64,000 nucleotides of DNA, taken from NCBI GenBank assembly GCA_965228475.1, contig OZ245817.1, positions 3,008,001 through 3,072,000 on the forward strand, read 5' to 3'. A model generated the notes under the pieces. The model ran no database searches. It was not told the DNA's origin and saw nothing but the letters and a program-made list of their open reading frames with translations. The translations under genes and the position numbers were made by a program. Of this stretch, positions 20,017 to 29,680 are shown piece after piece. Each line of letters starts with the position of its first letter. Position 1 is the stretch's first letter. Source of the DNA: Myxococcota bacterium. GTDB lineage: Bacteria; Myxococcota_A; UBA9160; JAFDDA01.

Positions 20017-20810
20017 GGCCGGCCCTCCTCGCCCGCGGTCACCGGGGCGTCGTCGTCGCCGCCCGGGGCGTCGTCTTCCACCCCCGGGAAATCGCTGGCG
20101 GCCGTCCGCGCGAAGAGTTCCTCGAGGCGCCGGCCGCCCGACGTGAGCTCGGCGAGCGGGGCGTCCTCCATCTTCCGGCCGCGGTTGATCAGGATCACGC
20201 GGCCGCAGATCGCCTCGACCTCCGCGAGGATGTGGGTCGAGAGGATCACGCAGTGATCCCCGCCCTCGCCGGCGGCGAGCTCCTTGATCAGGGCGCGGAT
20301 CTCGCGGATCTGGATCGGGTCGAGGCCTACGGTCGGCTCGTCGAGGACCAGGACGGGCGGCGTGTGCACGATCGCCCCGGCGAGCCCGACGCGCTGTCGG
20401 TAGCCCTTCGAGAGCGCGCCGATCACGCGGCGCCGCACCTCGGTGAGGCCGCAGCGCTCGAGCGCGCGGTCGACGGCGGCCTTGCGCTTCGCCCGCGGCA
20501 CGTCCTGGATGGTCGCCGCGTACTTGAGGTAGCCCTGCACGTCCATCTCGGGGTAGAGCGGCGGCGTTTCGGGCAGGTAGCCGACGGAGCGGCGTGCGGC
20601 CTGGGCATCGGCGAACACGTCGTGACCGTCGATCACCGCCGTGCCGTCGCTCGGCGGCATGAAGCCCGTCAGCATGCGCATGGTCGTGGTCTTCCCGGCA
20701 CCGTTCGGCCCGAGGAACCCCACGACCTCACCGCGCCCCACCTGGAACGAAACGTCTTCGACCGCGACGAGATCCCCGTAGCGCTTCGAAAGGCCCTTGG
20801 CCTCGATCAT
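20013..20810 (-). CDS. ABC transporter ATP-binding protein (GldA-like)
   Basis: GPNGAGKTT, LSKGYRQR, LDEPTVGLDP. Confidence 0.9.
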   Translation of the reverse strand: MIEAKGLSKRYGDLVAVEDVSFQVGRGEVVGFLGPNGAGKTTTMRMLTGFMPPSDGTAVIDGHDVFADAQAARRSVGYLPETPPLYPEMDVQGYLKYAATIQDVPRAKRKAAVDRALERCGLTEVRRRVIGALSKGYRQRVGLAGAIVHTPPVLVLDEPTVGLDPIQIREIRALIKELAAGEGGDHCVILSTHILAEVEAICGRVILINRGRKMEDAPLAELTSGGRRLEELFARTAASDFPGVEDDAPGGDDDAPVTAGEEGRP

Positions 20811-21493
20811 CCCTTTCCCCCGTGTTCTCCGACTCCGTTCAAGAAGATCTCGACGACGGTGCGTCCGACCCTCTCGTAGTAGGCACGATCCCGGCGCTCG
20901 CTCTCGCCGCGGTCCGTCTCCCCCTCGCCCTCCTTCTGGATGACGTTGAGCACCACGCCCGTGATCACGATCTCGAGCGCGCCGATGAAGACGTAGCAGG
21001 CGACGTCCGGGTCGAGGTCCTGGCGGACCTCCCCCGCCTCCTGCCCTTCGCGCAGGATGCGCGCGACGATCTGGAACAGCCGCCCCACGGCCCGGATCTG
21101 GCTCGGCTGCGCGAAACGCGAGGAGCGCTGGATCTCGAGCACGAGCACCTTCACCCACTCCGGGCGCACGTGGTGGCCGCCGAGGATGATCGTGGCCACC
21201 CGCCCGAGGCGCTCCTCCGCGCTGCCGGGCTGACCGGCCACGTGCTCGAGGGTGTCGAGGAAGGCGCCCCAGCGCTCCTCGAAGATCGAGCTCAGGACCT
21301 CTTCCTTGTTCTTGAAGTAGTGGTAGACGAGGCCGTAGGCGATGCCCGCCTCCGCGGCGATGTCCGCGATGCGCGAGCCGTGGTAGCCGCTGCGCGCGAA
21401 GACCTTGATCGCGGCCTCGAGGATGAGGGCGCGCTTGTCCGTGCGGTTCCGGGATTCGCGGTCGGGCTGGCTGGGGTCGGCGGGCGCAGTCAT
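20807..21493 (-). CDS. TetR/AcrR family regulator
   Basis: IADIAAEAGIAYGLVYHYFKNKEE HTH. Confidence 0.9.
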   Translation of the reverse strand: MTAPADPSQPDRESRNRTDKRALILEAAIKVFARSGYHGSRIADIAAEAGIAYGLVYHYFKNKEEVLSSIFEERWGAFLDTLEHVAGQPGSAEERLGRVATIILGGHHVRPEWVKVLVLEIQRSSRFAQPSQIRAVGRLFQIVARILREGQEAGEVRQDLDPDVACYVFIGALEIVITGVVLNVIQKEGEGETDRGESERRDRAYYERVGRTVVEIFLNGVGEHGGKG

Positions 21494-21689
21494 GACTCGT
21501 GGGGCGCATCATCGCGACGCGCAACAGGGGTTGCGAAGGATTCGTTCGGCCGCGAGGTTTCGAGCGCGGGCGAGTATAGCAGCAGGACCGGCCCTGGCTG
21601 CCGCCGCCCCAGGCTCGAATGCTAGAGTCCGGGCACCCCGAGTCGGGGTCCCCCGCCGATTCATTCGCCCCCGGAGGCCGTAGCCGAGC

Positions 21690-22814
21690 GTGCGCGTCGC
21701 ATTGGTCATCGAGCGCTTCCTGCCGCGCGGCGGAGGCGTCGAATCGGTCGCGTGGAACGTGGCCGCCGCCCTCGTCCGGCACGGGATGGAGGTCCACGTG
21801 CTGTGCCGCGACGGCGAGGACCAGGCCGGGGTCACCCGGCATGCCCTGGCCGTCCCGACCTTCTGGCAGCCCCTGCGCGTGGTCGCGTTCTCGCGCGCGG
21901 CGGCCCGCTGCGCGGAGCGCGAAGGCTTCGACGTGGTCCACAGCTTCTCGCGGACGCGGCGGCAGGACGTCTTCCGCGCGGGCGGCGGATGCCACGCGGA
22001 CTACCTCGAGCGCGCCCACGGCCCGCTCGGCCGGCGCCTCCGTCGCCTCTCGCCCCGCCACGCCCTGCTGCTCGGCATCGAACGCGCGGTCTTCGCGGAC
22101 CCGCGGCAGATCATCCAGTGCAACAGCACGATGGTGCGCGACCAGATCGCCGCGCGGCACGGCGTCGCCGGCGAGCGCTTCGTCGTGATCCCGAACGGGG
22201 TCGATCTCGATCGCTTCCGCCCCGGGGAACCCGCGGAAACCGAAGCGCTCCGCGCCGAGCTCTCGACGCCGGCCGGGCCGGCCTGGCTCTTCGCGGGGTC
22301 GGGCTTCCCGCGCAAAGGGCTCGACACGGCGCTGAAGGCCCTGGCCCTCGCAGGCAGCAGCGGGACGCTCTGGGTCGCCGGCGGGGACGCCCCCGGGCCC
22401 TGGCAGGAGCGCGCGGCGGCGCTCGGGCTCGGCGACCGCGTCCGCTTCCTCGGCGCACGCGACGACCTCGAACGCCTCTACGCCGCGGCCGACGCCCTCC
22501 TCCTCCCGACCCGCTACGACGCCTTCGCGAACGTCTGCCTGGAAGCCCTGGCGTGCGGCTGCCCCGTCGTGACCAGCGGAACCAACGGCGCCGCCGACGT
22601 GGCCGCCGAGGCGGGAATCGTCGTCGAAGACCCGGAGGACGCGGCGGGCTTCGCGAAAGCCCTCGAGCAGCTCGGCGAGGGCGAAACGCGCGCGCGGCTC
22701 GCGGCGCGAGCGCGCCCCGTCGCCGAGCGCTTCGGCTGGGACGTCCACGCCGAGGCGCTGCAGGCCCTCTACCGGCGCGTCGCCGGCTCGGATCCGCGCG
22801 GGGTGGCCGCATGA
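21690..22814 (+). CDS. GT4 glycosyltransferase (WaaG/RfaG-like)
   Basis: GGVE, IPNGVD, RKG, DAFANVCLEALACG. Confidence 0.85.
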   Translation: MRVALVIERFLPRGGGVESVAWNVAAALVRHGMEVHVLCRDGEDQAGVTRHALAVPTFWQPLRVVAFSRAAARCAEREGFDVVHSFSRTRRQDVFRAGGGCHADYLERAHGPLGRRLRRLSPRHALLLGIERAVFADPRQIIQCNSTMVRDQIAARHGVAGERFVVIPNGVDLDRFRPGEPAETEALRAELSTPAGPAWLFAGSGFPRKGLDTALKALALAGSSGTLWVAGGDAPGPWQERAAALGLGDRVRFLGARDDLERLYAAADALLLPTRYDAFANVCLEALACGCPVVTSGTNGAADVAAEAGIVVEDPEDAAGFAKALEQLGEGETRARLAARARPVAERFGWDVHAEALQALYRRVAGSDPRGVAA

Positions 22815-24394
22815 GCGAGATCGGCTGGATCGCGGGCGACCCGCTCGTACGGGCCGTCGTCGAGGACTGGTTCCTCGACCCCGAGCGGCCGGGGCACGGC
22901 GCGACCGTGCTGCGCGACAACCCGCGCCGGCGCCTCGTGCGCATCGATTCGAAGAGCGCCGGCACGCTGCTCGTGAAGCACTACCGCCTCGGCTCGGGCC
23001 GTCACCGCGGCCGCGAGCGCGTGAAGGGCTGGTTCCGGCGCTCTCCGGCCGACCGCGAGTTCCGCACCCTGGCACGCCTGCGTGACGCCGGGCTGCCCGT
23101 CCCGCCGCCCCTGGCCCGCGGCACCCTCCCGGGCGGCGACCGCCTGATCGTGACCCGCTACCTGCCGGGCGAGACGCTCGGCGAGGCCCTCCACACGGAC
23201 GCCAAGTCGCGGCGGGCCCTGCTCGTTTCCCTCGGCGCCGTGCTCGCACGGCTCTACGCGCGCGGCATCGTGCACGGCGACCTCCACGGCGGGAACGTGC
23301 TCTCGACCTCCCACGGCCCGGTGCTGCTCGACCTGCAACACGCGCGGCGCACGAAGCGGCGACGCGCCAAGGAAGCGGACCTCGCCCGGCTCGAGCACTC
23401 GCTCTGGGCGGCGGGCGTCCCCCGGACGGATCGCCTGCGACTGCGCGCGACGGCCCTGCGCCTGGCTCGCCCCTTCGACCGCAAGGCCCGGAAGGCCCTC
23501 GCGCGCGTCGGGCGCGCCACGGGCGACCGCTTCCACGAGCACGCCCGGAGCCGCCACAAGCGCGCCCTCCGCCCGGGCCGCCGCTTCGGAAAGATCCGCG
23601 TCGAGAACCATCGCGGCATGCGCTTGCGCGACCTCGAGGCCAGCGAAGTCGTCGAAGCCCTCGCCCAGCACCGCGAGGCCCTCGCCCGCGACGACGCCCG
23701 CGTACTCAAGGACGACGGCCGCTCGCGGGTCACCGCCCTCACGGTCGGCGACCACCGGATGATCGTGAAGGAGGTGATGCCGCGGGGCCTGTGGCGGCGC
23801 CTGGCGGACCGCTTCCGCGGCAGCCCCGCCCGCCGCGCCTGGTACGGCGGCCACGGCCTGGCGGCCCGCTTCCTCGGCGTCGCGATGCCCCTGGCCTACC
23901 TCGAGCGCCGCCGCTTCGGCCTCCCGGCGGGCTCCCTGGTGTTCCTGCGCGATCTGCGTCCCGCCGTGCCCGCCGACACCTTCCCCGGCGACGCGGCGAG
24001 CCTCGACCGGGCCGTGGCGACCCTCGGCCGGGTGGCGCGCGACCTCCACGCCCGCGGCGTCGACCACGGCGACCTGAAGTCGAGCCACGTCTATCTCGAC
24101 GCCCACGCGATCGGGCTCGCGCCCAAGCTGATCGACCTCGAGGGGCTCCGCTTCGGACGCAAGGTCTCGGACCGCCGGCGGCTGCGCGCCCTCGCCCAGC
24201 TGAACGCCTCGCTCCCGGACGAGTTCCCCGATGCGGCGCGCCTCGCGGCGTTCTCGCGCTATGCGGCGCGCCTCCCCTTCCGAAGAGGGCGAGAGCGGGC
24301 GTTGCGTTGGGTCATCGCGGAGAGCCGCGCGCGGAAGCACCGCTGGAGCGGAGCGGCGTGCCGGGAAACGGGCGGGGAAGAGCGCGGGGGCTGA
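22811..24394 (+). CDS. Tandem-domain LPS kinase (Kdo/WaaP family)
   Basis: Two kinase cores: HGDLHGGN...LLDL and HGDLKSSH...LIDL. Confidence 0.8.
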   Translation: MSEIGWIAGDPLVRAVVEDWFLDPERPGHGATVLRDNPRRRLVRIDSKSAGTLLVKHYRLGSGRHRGRERVKGWFRRSPADREFRTLARLRDAGLPVPPPLARGTLPGGDRLIVTRYLPGETLGEALHTDAKSRRALLVSLGAVLARLYARGIVHGDLHGGNVLSTSHGPVLLDLQHARRTKRRRAKEADLARLEHSLWAAGVPRTDRLRLRATALRLARPFDRKARKALARVGRATGDRFHEHARSRHKRALRPGRRFGKIRVENHRGMRLRDLEASEVVEALAQHREALARDDARVLKDDGRSRVTALTVGDHRMIVKEVMPRGLWRRLADRFRGSPARRAWYGGHGLAARFLGVAMPLAYLERRRFGLPAGSLVFLRDLRPAVPADTFPGDAASLDRAVATLGRVARDLHARGVDHGDLKSSHVYLDAHAIGLAPKLIDLEGLRFGRKVSDRRRLRALAQLNASLPDEFPDAARLAAFSRYAARLPFRRGRERALRWVIAESRARKHRWSGAACRETGGEERGG

Positions 24395-24407
24395 GAAGCC
24401 CGGCGCT

Positions 24408-24713
24408 TCAGCTCGAGAGTTCCACCCACTGGTAGTAGGCGGCCGAGTTCCGGATGCGGCCGCCGCGGCCGAGTTCGAGCGAGATGCCGCCGCCCTCGCC
24501 GGCGCTCGCCAGCACCTCGCGGAAGGCTTCGATCTTGCGGGCCGGGTCTTCGGGGTTCAGGCCGTGGAAGACGATCTCCACGCGGTCCCGGTTCTCGAGC
24601 ACGTTCATCACGAGCGTGCAGAGCGTGAAGAGCTTGCCGATCTCCTCGCCCGCTTCGACCGCGAAGCGCGGAACCTCGACCTTCGAAAGCTCGAAACCGT
24701 ATTCGAGTCGCAT
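24408..24713 (-). CDS. Hypothetical protein, 101 aa
   Basis: GGGAGG RBS, own promoter, typical codon bias; no family recognised. Confidence 0.65.
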   Translation of the reverse strand: MRLEYGFELSKVEVPRFAVEAGEEIGKLFTLCTLVMNVLENRDRVEIVFHGLNPEDPARKIEAFREVLASAGEGGGISLELGRGGRIRNSAAYYQWVELSS

Positions 24714-24736
24714 GAACCCTCCCAAGGAGCCGCGCG

Positions 24737-24765
24737 AGGTTGGCCCCGGGCCTGCCCGGTGTCAA
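24737..24765 (-). promoter_or_regulatory. Putative sigma70 promoter
   Basis: TTGACA-N17-CAACCT on minus strand. Confidence 0.5.
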
Positions 24766-24824
24766 GCCGGTCCGCGAGCCCACGCCCGGCGGGCGGGCCG
24801 CTCCGGCCTGCTCGCGGGCCTTCG

Positions 24825-25571
24825 CTAGGCGTTTCGTTCGAGCTGTTCGATCTTCGCGACGAGCTCTTCGCGCGTCAGCACGCCGCGTTCGATCAGCAGG
24901 TGCGTCAGCGCCTGGAGGATCCGCCGCGTCGAGGCGTCCCCTGCCCCGCCCGCGGGCTCGGCCGCTGGGCGCTCGGCGCTCTCCGAGACCGGAGCCTCCG
25001 GCTCGTCGGGCTCGATCGAGAGCGCATCGTCGCCGTGGAGCAGGCAGTCCGGCCCGACGACGCCGCCCCCGATGTCGAGCTCTTCGTCCCCGGCGCCGGC
25101 ATCGCCCTCGCCGCCGATCTCGTAGTAGCGGCGGAGGCCGGCTTCGAGTTCGCGGAAGGCGACCAGCACCGGGCAGATCTCGTAGCCCGTGCGCATCTGC
25201 AGGGCGTCGAGCGCGTCGAGGTCGGCGGGCTCTTCCATCCCGAGGTAGAGGTACCGGGAGGGCCCGTCGACGTCGATGAACAGGGGCAGGCAGCGCATCT
25301 TCTCGGCCAGCTCGCGCGTGACGAGCGCGAGGACCTCGTTCTCGATCTCGCGGCCGCGGATCTCCGCCAGCGGGTAGCCCATGAGCTTCGAGAGCTGGCG
25401 CATGAGCGGCGCCTCCTCGACGAAGCCGAGCTTCACGAGCGTCTTGCCGAGGCGGTTCCCCCAGCGCTTCTGGTCCGCCAGGGCGGATCGCAGCTGGAAA
25501 TCGTCGATCAGGCCGGATTCGACGAGGGCTTCACCGAGCTTTCGGCGGGTCGGACCATGGGGACCAGGCAT
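24825..25571 (-). CDS. Stand-alone MshEN / T2SSE N-terminal domain protein
   Basis: KLGEALVESGLIDDFQLRSALADQ...RLGKTLVKLGFV; no ATPase domain. Confidence 0.8.
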   Translation of the reverse strand: MPGPHGPTRRKLGEALVESGLIDDFQLRSALADQKRWGNRLGKTLVKLGFVEEAPLMRQLSKLMGYPLAEIRGREIENEVLALVTRELAEKMRCLPLFIDVDGPSRYLYLGMEEPADLDALDALQMRTGYEICPVLVAFRELEAGLRRYYEIGGEGDAGAGDEELDIGGGVVGPDCLLHGDDALSIEPDEPEAPVSESAERPAAEPAGGAGDASTRRILQALTHLLIERGVLTREELVAKIEQLERNA

Positions 25572-25603
25572 CGACCCGTCATCGGCCAGTGCGGCGCCGA
25601 ACC

Positions 25604-26632
25604 TTACCGGTCTTGCCCGGTTCCGGCGGGCTCCGGGGCCGAGCCGCCCTCCGGATCCTCGAGACGCAGGAAGCAGCGCGCGTGGCCCGCTCCGACCGGG
25701 ACGTCCGGGGGCGCCTCCGCGGCACAGCGGTCGAAGACCTTCGGGCAGCGCGTGTGGAAGCGGCAGCCCGGCGGCGGCGCCGACGGTGAGGGGACGTCCC
25801 CCCGCACCTGGGCGCGGACCCGCCGCACGTCGGGGTCGACCGAGGGCACCGCCGCCAGCAGGCCTTCGGTGTAGGGGTGCGCCGGGGTCTCGAAGACGGA
25901 CTCGGTCGGCCCCTCTTCCACGATCTGGCCGAGGTACATCACGGCCACGCGGTCGGCGAGGTAGCGCACGACCGAGAGGTCGTGGGTGATGAAGAGGTAC
26001 GAAAGGCCGCGCTCTTCCTGGAGGTCCGAGAGCAGGTTCAGGATCTGCGCCTGGATCGAGACGTCGAGGGCGGAGACGGATTCGTCGCACACGATGAGCC
26101 GCGGCTCGACCGCCAGCGCCCGGGCGATGCAGATGCGCTGTCGCTGGCCGCCCGAGAACTCGTGCGGGTAGCGCCACATCGCGTCGGGGTCGAGCTGCAC
26201 GCGGGACAGCAGCGCGGCGATGCGATCCGTGCGTTCGCTTTCGCCGTCGCCGATGCCGAAGGAGACCATGCCCTCGGCGATGGCGTCCCGGATGCGCATG
26301 CGCGGGTCGAGCGAGGCCATCGGATCCTGGAAGATGATCTGCACGTCGCTTCGCCGCTCGCGCATGCGGTCCGGCGAGAGCGTGCGGAGGTCTTCGCCGT
26401 CGAACCACACCTCGCCGGCCTGGGAGCCGACGAGCCCGAGGATCGAGAGCCCGACCGTGGTCTTGCCGCAGCCGGACTCGCCGACCAGCGCGAGCGTGCC
26501 GCCGGCGGGGACGTCGAAGGAGACGTCGTCGACGGCGCGCACGTGGCCGACCGTCCGCTGGAAGAGGCCCTGCTTGATCGGGAACCACGTGCGCAGCCCG
26601 CGCACGCGAAGCAGCGCGTCCTGCTCGCTCAC
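25604..26632 (-). CDS. oppF: Oligopeptide ABC ATPase (OppF/AppF)
   Basis: GESGCGKTT, FSGGQRQR, HPYT, GCRFHTRC. Confidence 0.9.
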   Translation of the reverse strand: MSEQDALLRVRGLRTWFPIKQGLFQRTVGHVRAVDDVSFDVPAGGTLALVGESGCGKTTVGLSILGLVGSQAGEVWFDGEDLRTLSPDRMRERRSDVQIIFQDPMASLDPRMRIRDAIAEGMVSFGIGDGESERTDRIAALLSRVQLDPDAMWRYPHEFSGGQRQRICIARALAVEPRLIVCDESVSALDVSIQAQILNLLSDLQEERGLSYLFITHDLSVVRYLADRVAVMYLGQIVEEGPTESVFETPAHPYTEGLLAAVPSVDPDVRRVRAQVRGDVPSPSAPPPGCRFHTRCPKVFDRCAAEAPPDVPVGAGHARCFLRLEDPEGGSAPEPAGTGQDR

Positions 26633-27609
26633 GAGGAGGCCTCCCGCTCGACCACGTGGCAGCGCACGACGTGGTCCGGGGCCGGCCGCGTCTCCCCCGG
26701 GAGGTCCGTGGCGCAGTGGTCGAGCACCCGGTCGCAGCGGCCCGCGAAGCGGCAGCCCTCCGGCCACTCGTCCGGCGGCGGGACGGTGCCCTCGATCTCC
26801 GCGAGGCGCGCGCCGCGCTGGGCGAGCGCCGGCATGGAGCGCAGCAGGCCCTGGGTGTAGGGGTGCCGGGCGGCCCCGAGCACGGTCTCGCGGCTCCCCT
26901 CCTCGACGAAGCGCGCCGCGTACATGACGGCGACCCGGTCGGCGAGCTCGTTCACGATGCCGAGGTCGTGGGTGATCAGCAGGATCGACATTCCGGTGTC
27001 GCGCTGGATCTCGCGCAGCAGCTCGAGGATCTGGGCCTGAATCGTCACGTCGAGGGCCGTCGTCGGCTCGTCGGCGATCAGGAGCTTCGGCTCGCTCGAG
27101 AGCGCCATGGCGATCATCACGCGCTGCTTGAGCCCGCCCGAGAGCTGGTGCGGGTAGGCGTCGAAGCGCGCATCGGGGTCCGGAATGCCCACGCGGTCGA
27201 AGAGCTCGACGGTGCGGGCGCGCGCCGCCCGGGCATCCGCCGGACCGTGGAGCTGGATCGCCTCGACCACCTGCGCCCCGACGGTCTGCACCGGGTTCAG
27301 GCTCGTCATCGGCTCCTGGAAGATCATGGCGACGTCGCTGCCGCGCACGCGGCGCATCTCGGGCACCGGCAGGGCCATGACGTCGCGCCCGAGCAGCTCG
27401 ATGTTCCCGGCGACGATGCGGCCGGGACGCGGCACCAGCCGGAGCAGCGAGAAGGCGGTCATCGACTTCCCACAGCCAGACTCACCGACGAGCGCCAGCA
27501 CCTCGCCGCGATCGATGTGGAACGTGGCGCCGTCGACCACCGGGAGCAGCCCGTCCGGCCCGGGGAACGCCGTCGTGAGGCCCTCGACCTCGAGGATCCG
27601 GTCGCTCAT
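26629..27609 (-). CDS. oppD: Oligopeptide ABC ATPase (OppD)
   Basis: [28 protein letters not shown]. Confidence 0.9.
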   Translation of the reverse strand: MSDRILEVEGLTTAFPGPDGLLPVVDGATFHIDRGEVLALVGESGCGKSMTAFSLLRLVPRPGRIVAGNIELLGRDVMALPVPEMRRVRGSDVAMIFQEPMTSLNPVQTVGAQVVEAIQLHGPADARAARARTVELFDRVGIPDPDARFDAYPHQLSGGLKQRVMIAMALSSEPKLLIADEPTTALDVTIQAQILELLREIQRDTGMSILLITHDLGIVNELADRVAVMYAARFVEEGSRETVLGAARHPYTQGLLRSMPALAQRGARLAEIEGTVPPPDEWPEGCRFAGRCDRVLDHCATDLPGETRPAPDHVVRCHVVEREASS

Positions 27610-27650
27610 GCGAGCTCCGCTGCCTGGGGCCGGTCGCTCATGCGAGCTCC
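27598..27650. repeat. Exact 21-bp direct repeat at oppC/oppD junction
   Basis: CCGGTCGCTCATGCGAGCTCC at 27598-27618 and 27630-27650. Confidence 0.9.
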
Positions 27651-28666
27651 CGGGCCGTGCGCGGGTCGAGCACGTCGCGCACGGCATCACCGACGCGGTT
27701 CACCGCCAGGATCAACACGAACAGGGCCGAGGACGCCGCGGTCAGGTTCCACCAGACCGCCGGGTCGCGGGAGAGTTCGTCGCGGGCCTGGTCGATCATC
27801 TGCCCCCACGATCCTTCGAGGCCGATCCCGAGCCAGGAGAGCACCGCCTCCGAGAGCACGAGGCCCGAGAAGAGCAGCACGAAGGTGATCACCACCAGGT
27901 GCATCAGGTTCGGCAGGATGTGCCGGACGATGATGCGGGCGTCCGAGACGCCGAGGGCCCGGGCCGCGCGCACGTAGTCGAGCTCGCGCAGCTTCAGCGT
28001 CTCGGCGCGGGAGAGCCGGCACATGCCGACCCAGCTCGTCACCCCGAGCGCCACGCACACCTGCACCGTGCCGTTGCCGAGCACGGCGATGAGCGCGATC
28101 AGCAGGAGCAGCCCGGGCATCGAGGCGAGGGTCGACATCACGAAGAAGACGACGTCGTCGAGCCAGCCGCCGCGGTAGCCGGCCGTCACGCCGAGGAGCA
28201 GCGCGAGCAGGATCGCGATGGAGCTCGTCAGGCCGCCGATCAGCAGGGCCACGCGCGCGCCCTTGAGCGTGAGGTGCAGCACGTCGCGCCCGATCTTGTC
28301 GGTGCCGAGCAGGTGGGCGCCGGGATGCTCGAGCTCGCCGCGCCCGGAGAAGAGCTCCGTCGCGCGGGGTGCGGAGTAGCTCTGCTCCTTGAAGTCGAGC
28401 GGGAACATCCGGTCGACCATCGTGCGCGGAAGCCGGGCGGCGGTCCCGCCCGCGACGGGCGCGTCGTCGATCCAGGCGACGGAGTCCATGCCCGCGAGCA
28501 GCACGTAGACGCCGACGACCGCCACGGCGATGGGGCGACGGCGGCCGATGGCCGCGAAGGACTCGCGCCAGAAGCGGCTGCGGCGCACGAGCACGACCGT
28601 CGCCACCAGCACGGCGGCGAGGAACGCGAGGACGACGTTCGAGATCACGTGGGGTTCGAGTTCCAT
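27638..28666 (-). CDS. oppC: Oligopeptide ABC permease (OppC)
   Basis: HLLGTDKIGRD, EAA-like DYVRAARALG, RHILPN. Confidence 0.9.
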   Translation of the reverse strand: MELEPHVISNVVLAFLAAVLVATVVLVRRSRFWRESFAAIGRRRPIAVAVVGVYVLLAGMDSVAWIDDAPVAGGTAARLPRTMVDRMFPLDFKEQSYSAPRATELFSGRGELEHPGAHLLGTDKIGRDVLHLTLKGARVALLIGGLTSSIAILLALLLGVTAGYRGGWLDDVVFFVMSTLASMPGLLLLIALIAVLGNGTVQVCVALGVTSWVGMCRLSRAETLKLRELDYVRAARALGVSDARIIVRHILPNLMHLVVITFVLLFSGLVLSEAVLSWLGIGLEGSWGQMIDQARDELSRDPAVWWNLTAASSALFVLILAVNRVGDAVRDVLDPRTARELA

Positions 28667-29631
28667 CACTCGAGCCTCACCCGCGGGTCGACGAGCGTGT
28701 AGCTGATGTCCGTCAGCACCTGTCCGAGGATGAAGAGCAGCGAGCCGATGTAGACCATCACCCGGAGCGTCGAGAAGTCGTTCCCCTGGATGGCTTCCAC
28801 GGTGATCGCGCCGAGCCCGGGGATCCCGAAGAAGGATTCGAGCAGGATCGAGCCGGTGAAGAGGAATGGGATCGAGAGCACGACCCGCGTGAGGATCGGG
28901 ATGAGCGAGTTGCGCAGCACGTGGCGGGTCATCAGGCGGCCGTCGCCGCAGCCCTTGGCCCGCGCCGTCCGGACGTAGTCGCGCTGGGTCTCCTCGACGA
29001 ACACCGTGCGGTAGAAGCGCACGGATTCGCCGACGCCCGAGAGCAGCCCGACGAGGATCGGCAGCGCCAGGAAACGGTGGATCACGGCCGGCGACGGGTC
29101 GAAGCCCGAGACGGGGAACCACTTCAGCACCTTCGCGATCAGGTACTGGCCCCCGATGATGTAGAGCAGGATCGAGACGCTCATCGCGAACACGGCGAGG
29201 AACACACCGGTGGTGTCGATGTAGGTCTCCCGGAAGTATGCGACGAAGAGCGAGAGCGTCACCGAGACGATCAGGCCGAGCAGGAAGAGCGGGACCGTCA
29301 GCGAGAGGCTCGGGCCGATGCCCTCCCGGAGGCGGCGGCTGATCGGCACGTCGTCGGCGTCGCTCTTGCCGAAGTCGAAGGTCAGCATGCTCGTGAAGTG
29401 ATCCACGAGCTGGGTGTCGAAGACGTCGTCCGGGTTCCACAGGGCCGGCCGGTCGTAGCCGTGGTTCTCGATCCACTGGGCGATGGCCTCGGGCGGCGCC
29501 TTCTCCCCGAGCGCCTGGCGCGCCATGTCCTCGGGCTGGGCGTAGAGGAAGAACAGCACGAACAGGAAGAAGAGCACGCCGAGAACGACGCCCGCGCCGT
29601 AGACGAGTCTGCGGATGACGTAGGCGAGCAT
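28666..29631 (-). CDS. oppB: Oligopeptide ABC permease (OppB)
   Basis: YVIRRL, DFGKS, DYVRTARAKG, RHVLRNSL. Confidence 0.9.
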   Translation of the reverse strand: MLAYVIRRLVYGAGVVLGVLFFLFVLFFLYAQPEDMARQALGEKAPPEAIAQWIENHGYDRPALWNPDDVFDTQLVDHFTSMLTFDFGKSDADDVPISRRLREGIGPSLSLTVPLFLLGLIVSVTLSLFVAYFRETYIDTTGVFLAVFAMSVSILLYIIGGQYLIAKVLKWFPVSGFDPSPAVIHRFLALPILVGLLSGVGESVRFYRTVFVEETQRDYVRTARAKGCGDGRLMTRHVLRNSLIPILTRVVLSIPFLFTGSILLESFFGIPGLGAITVEAIQGNDFSTLRVMVYIGSLLFILGQVLTDISYTLVDPRVRLE

Positions 29632-29643
29632 CAGGCTTCGCCC

Positions 29644-29680
29644 CTCATTGTCGCTCGCAGCGCAACGCTCATTGTCGCTC
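29644..29680. repeat. 13-bp direct repeat at oppA/oppB junction
   Basis: CTCATTGTCGCTC at 29644-29656 and 29668-29680. Confidence 0.85.

Noticed and set aside
16221..21493. GldA/F/G-like genes as evidence of Bacteroidota-type gliding motility
   Set aside because: This ABC-GldG-DUF4340 cassette is widespread in non-gliding bacteria; no other gld/spr genes here
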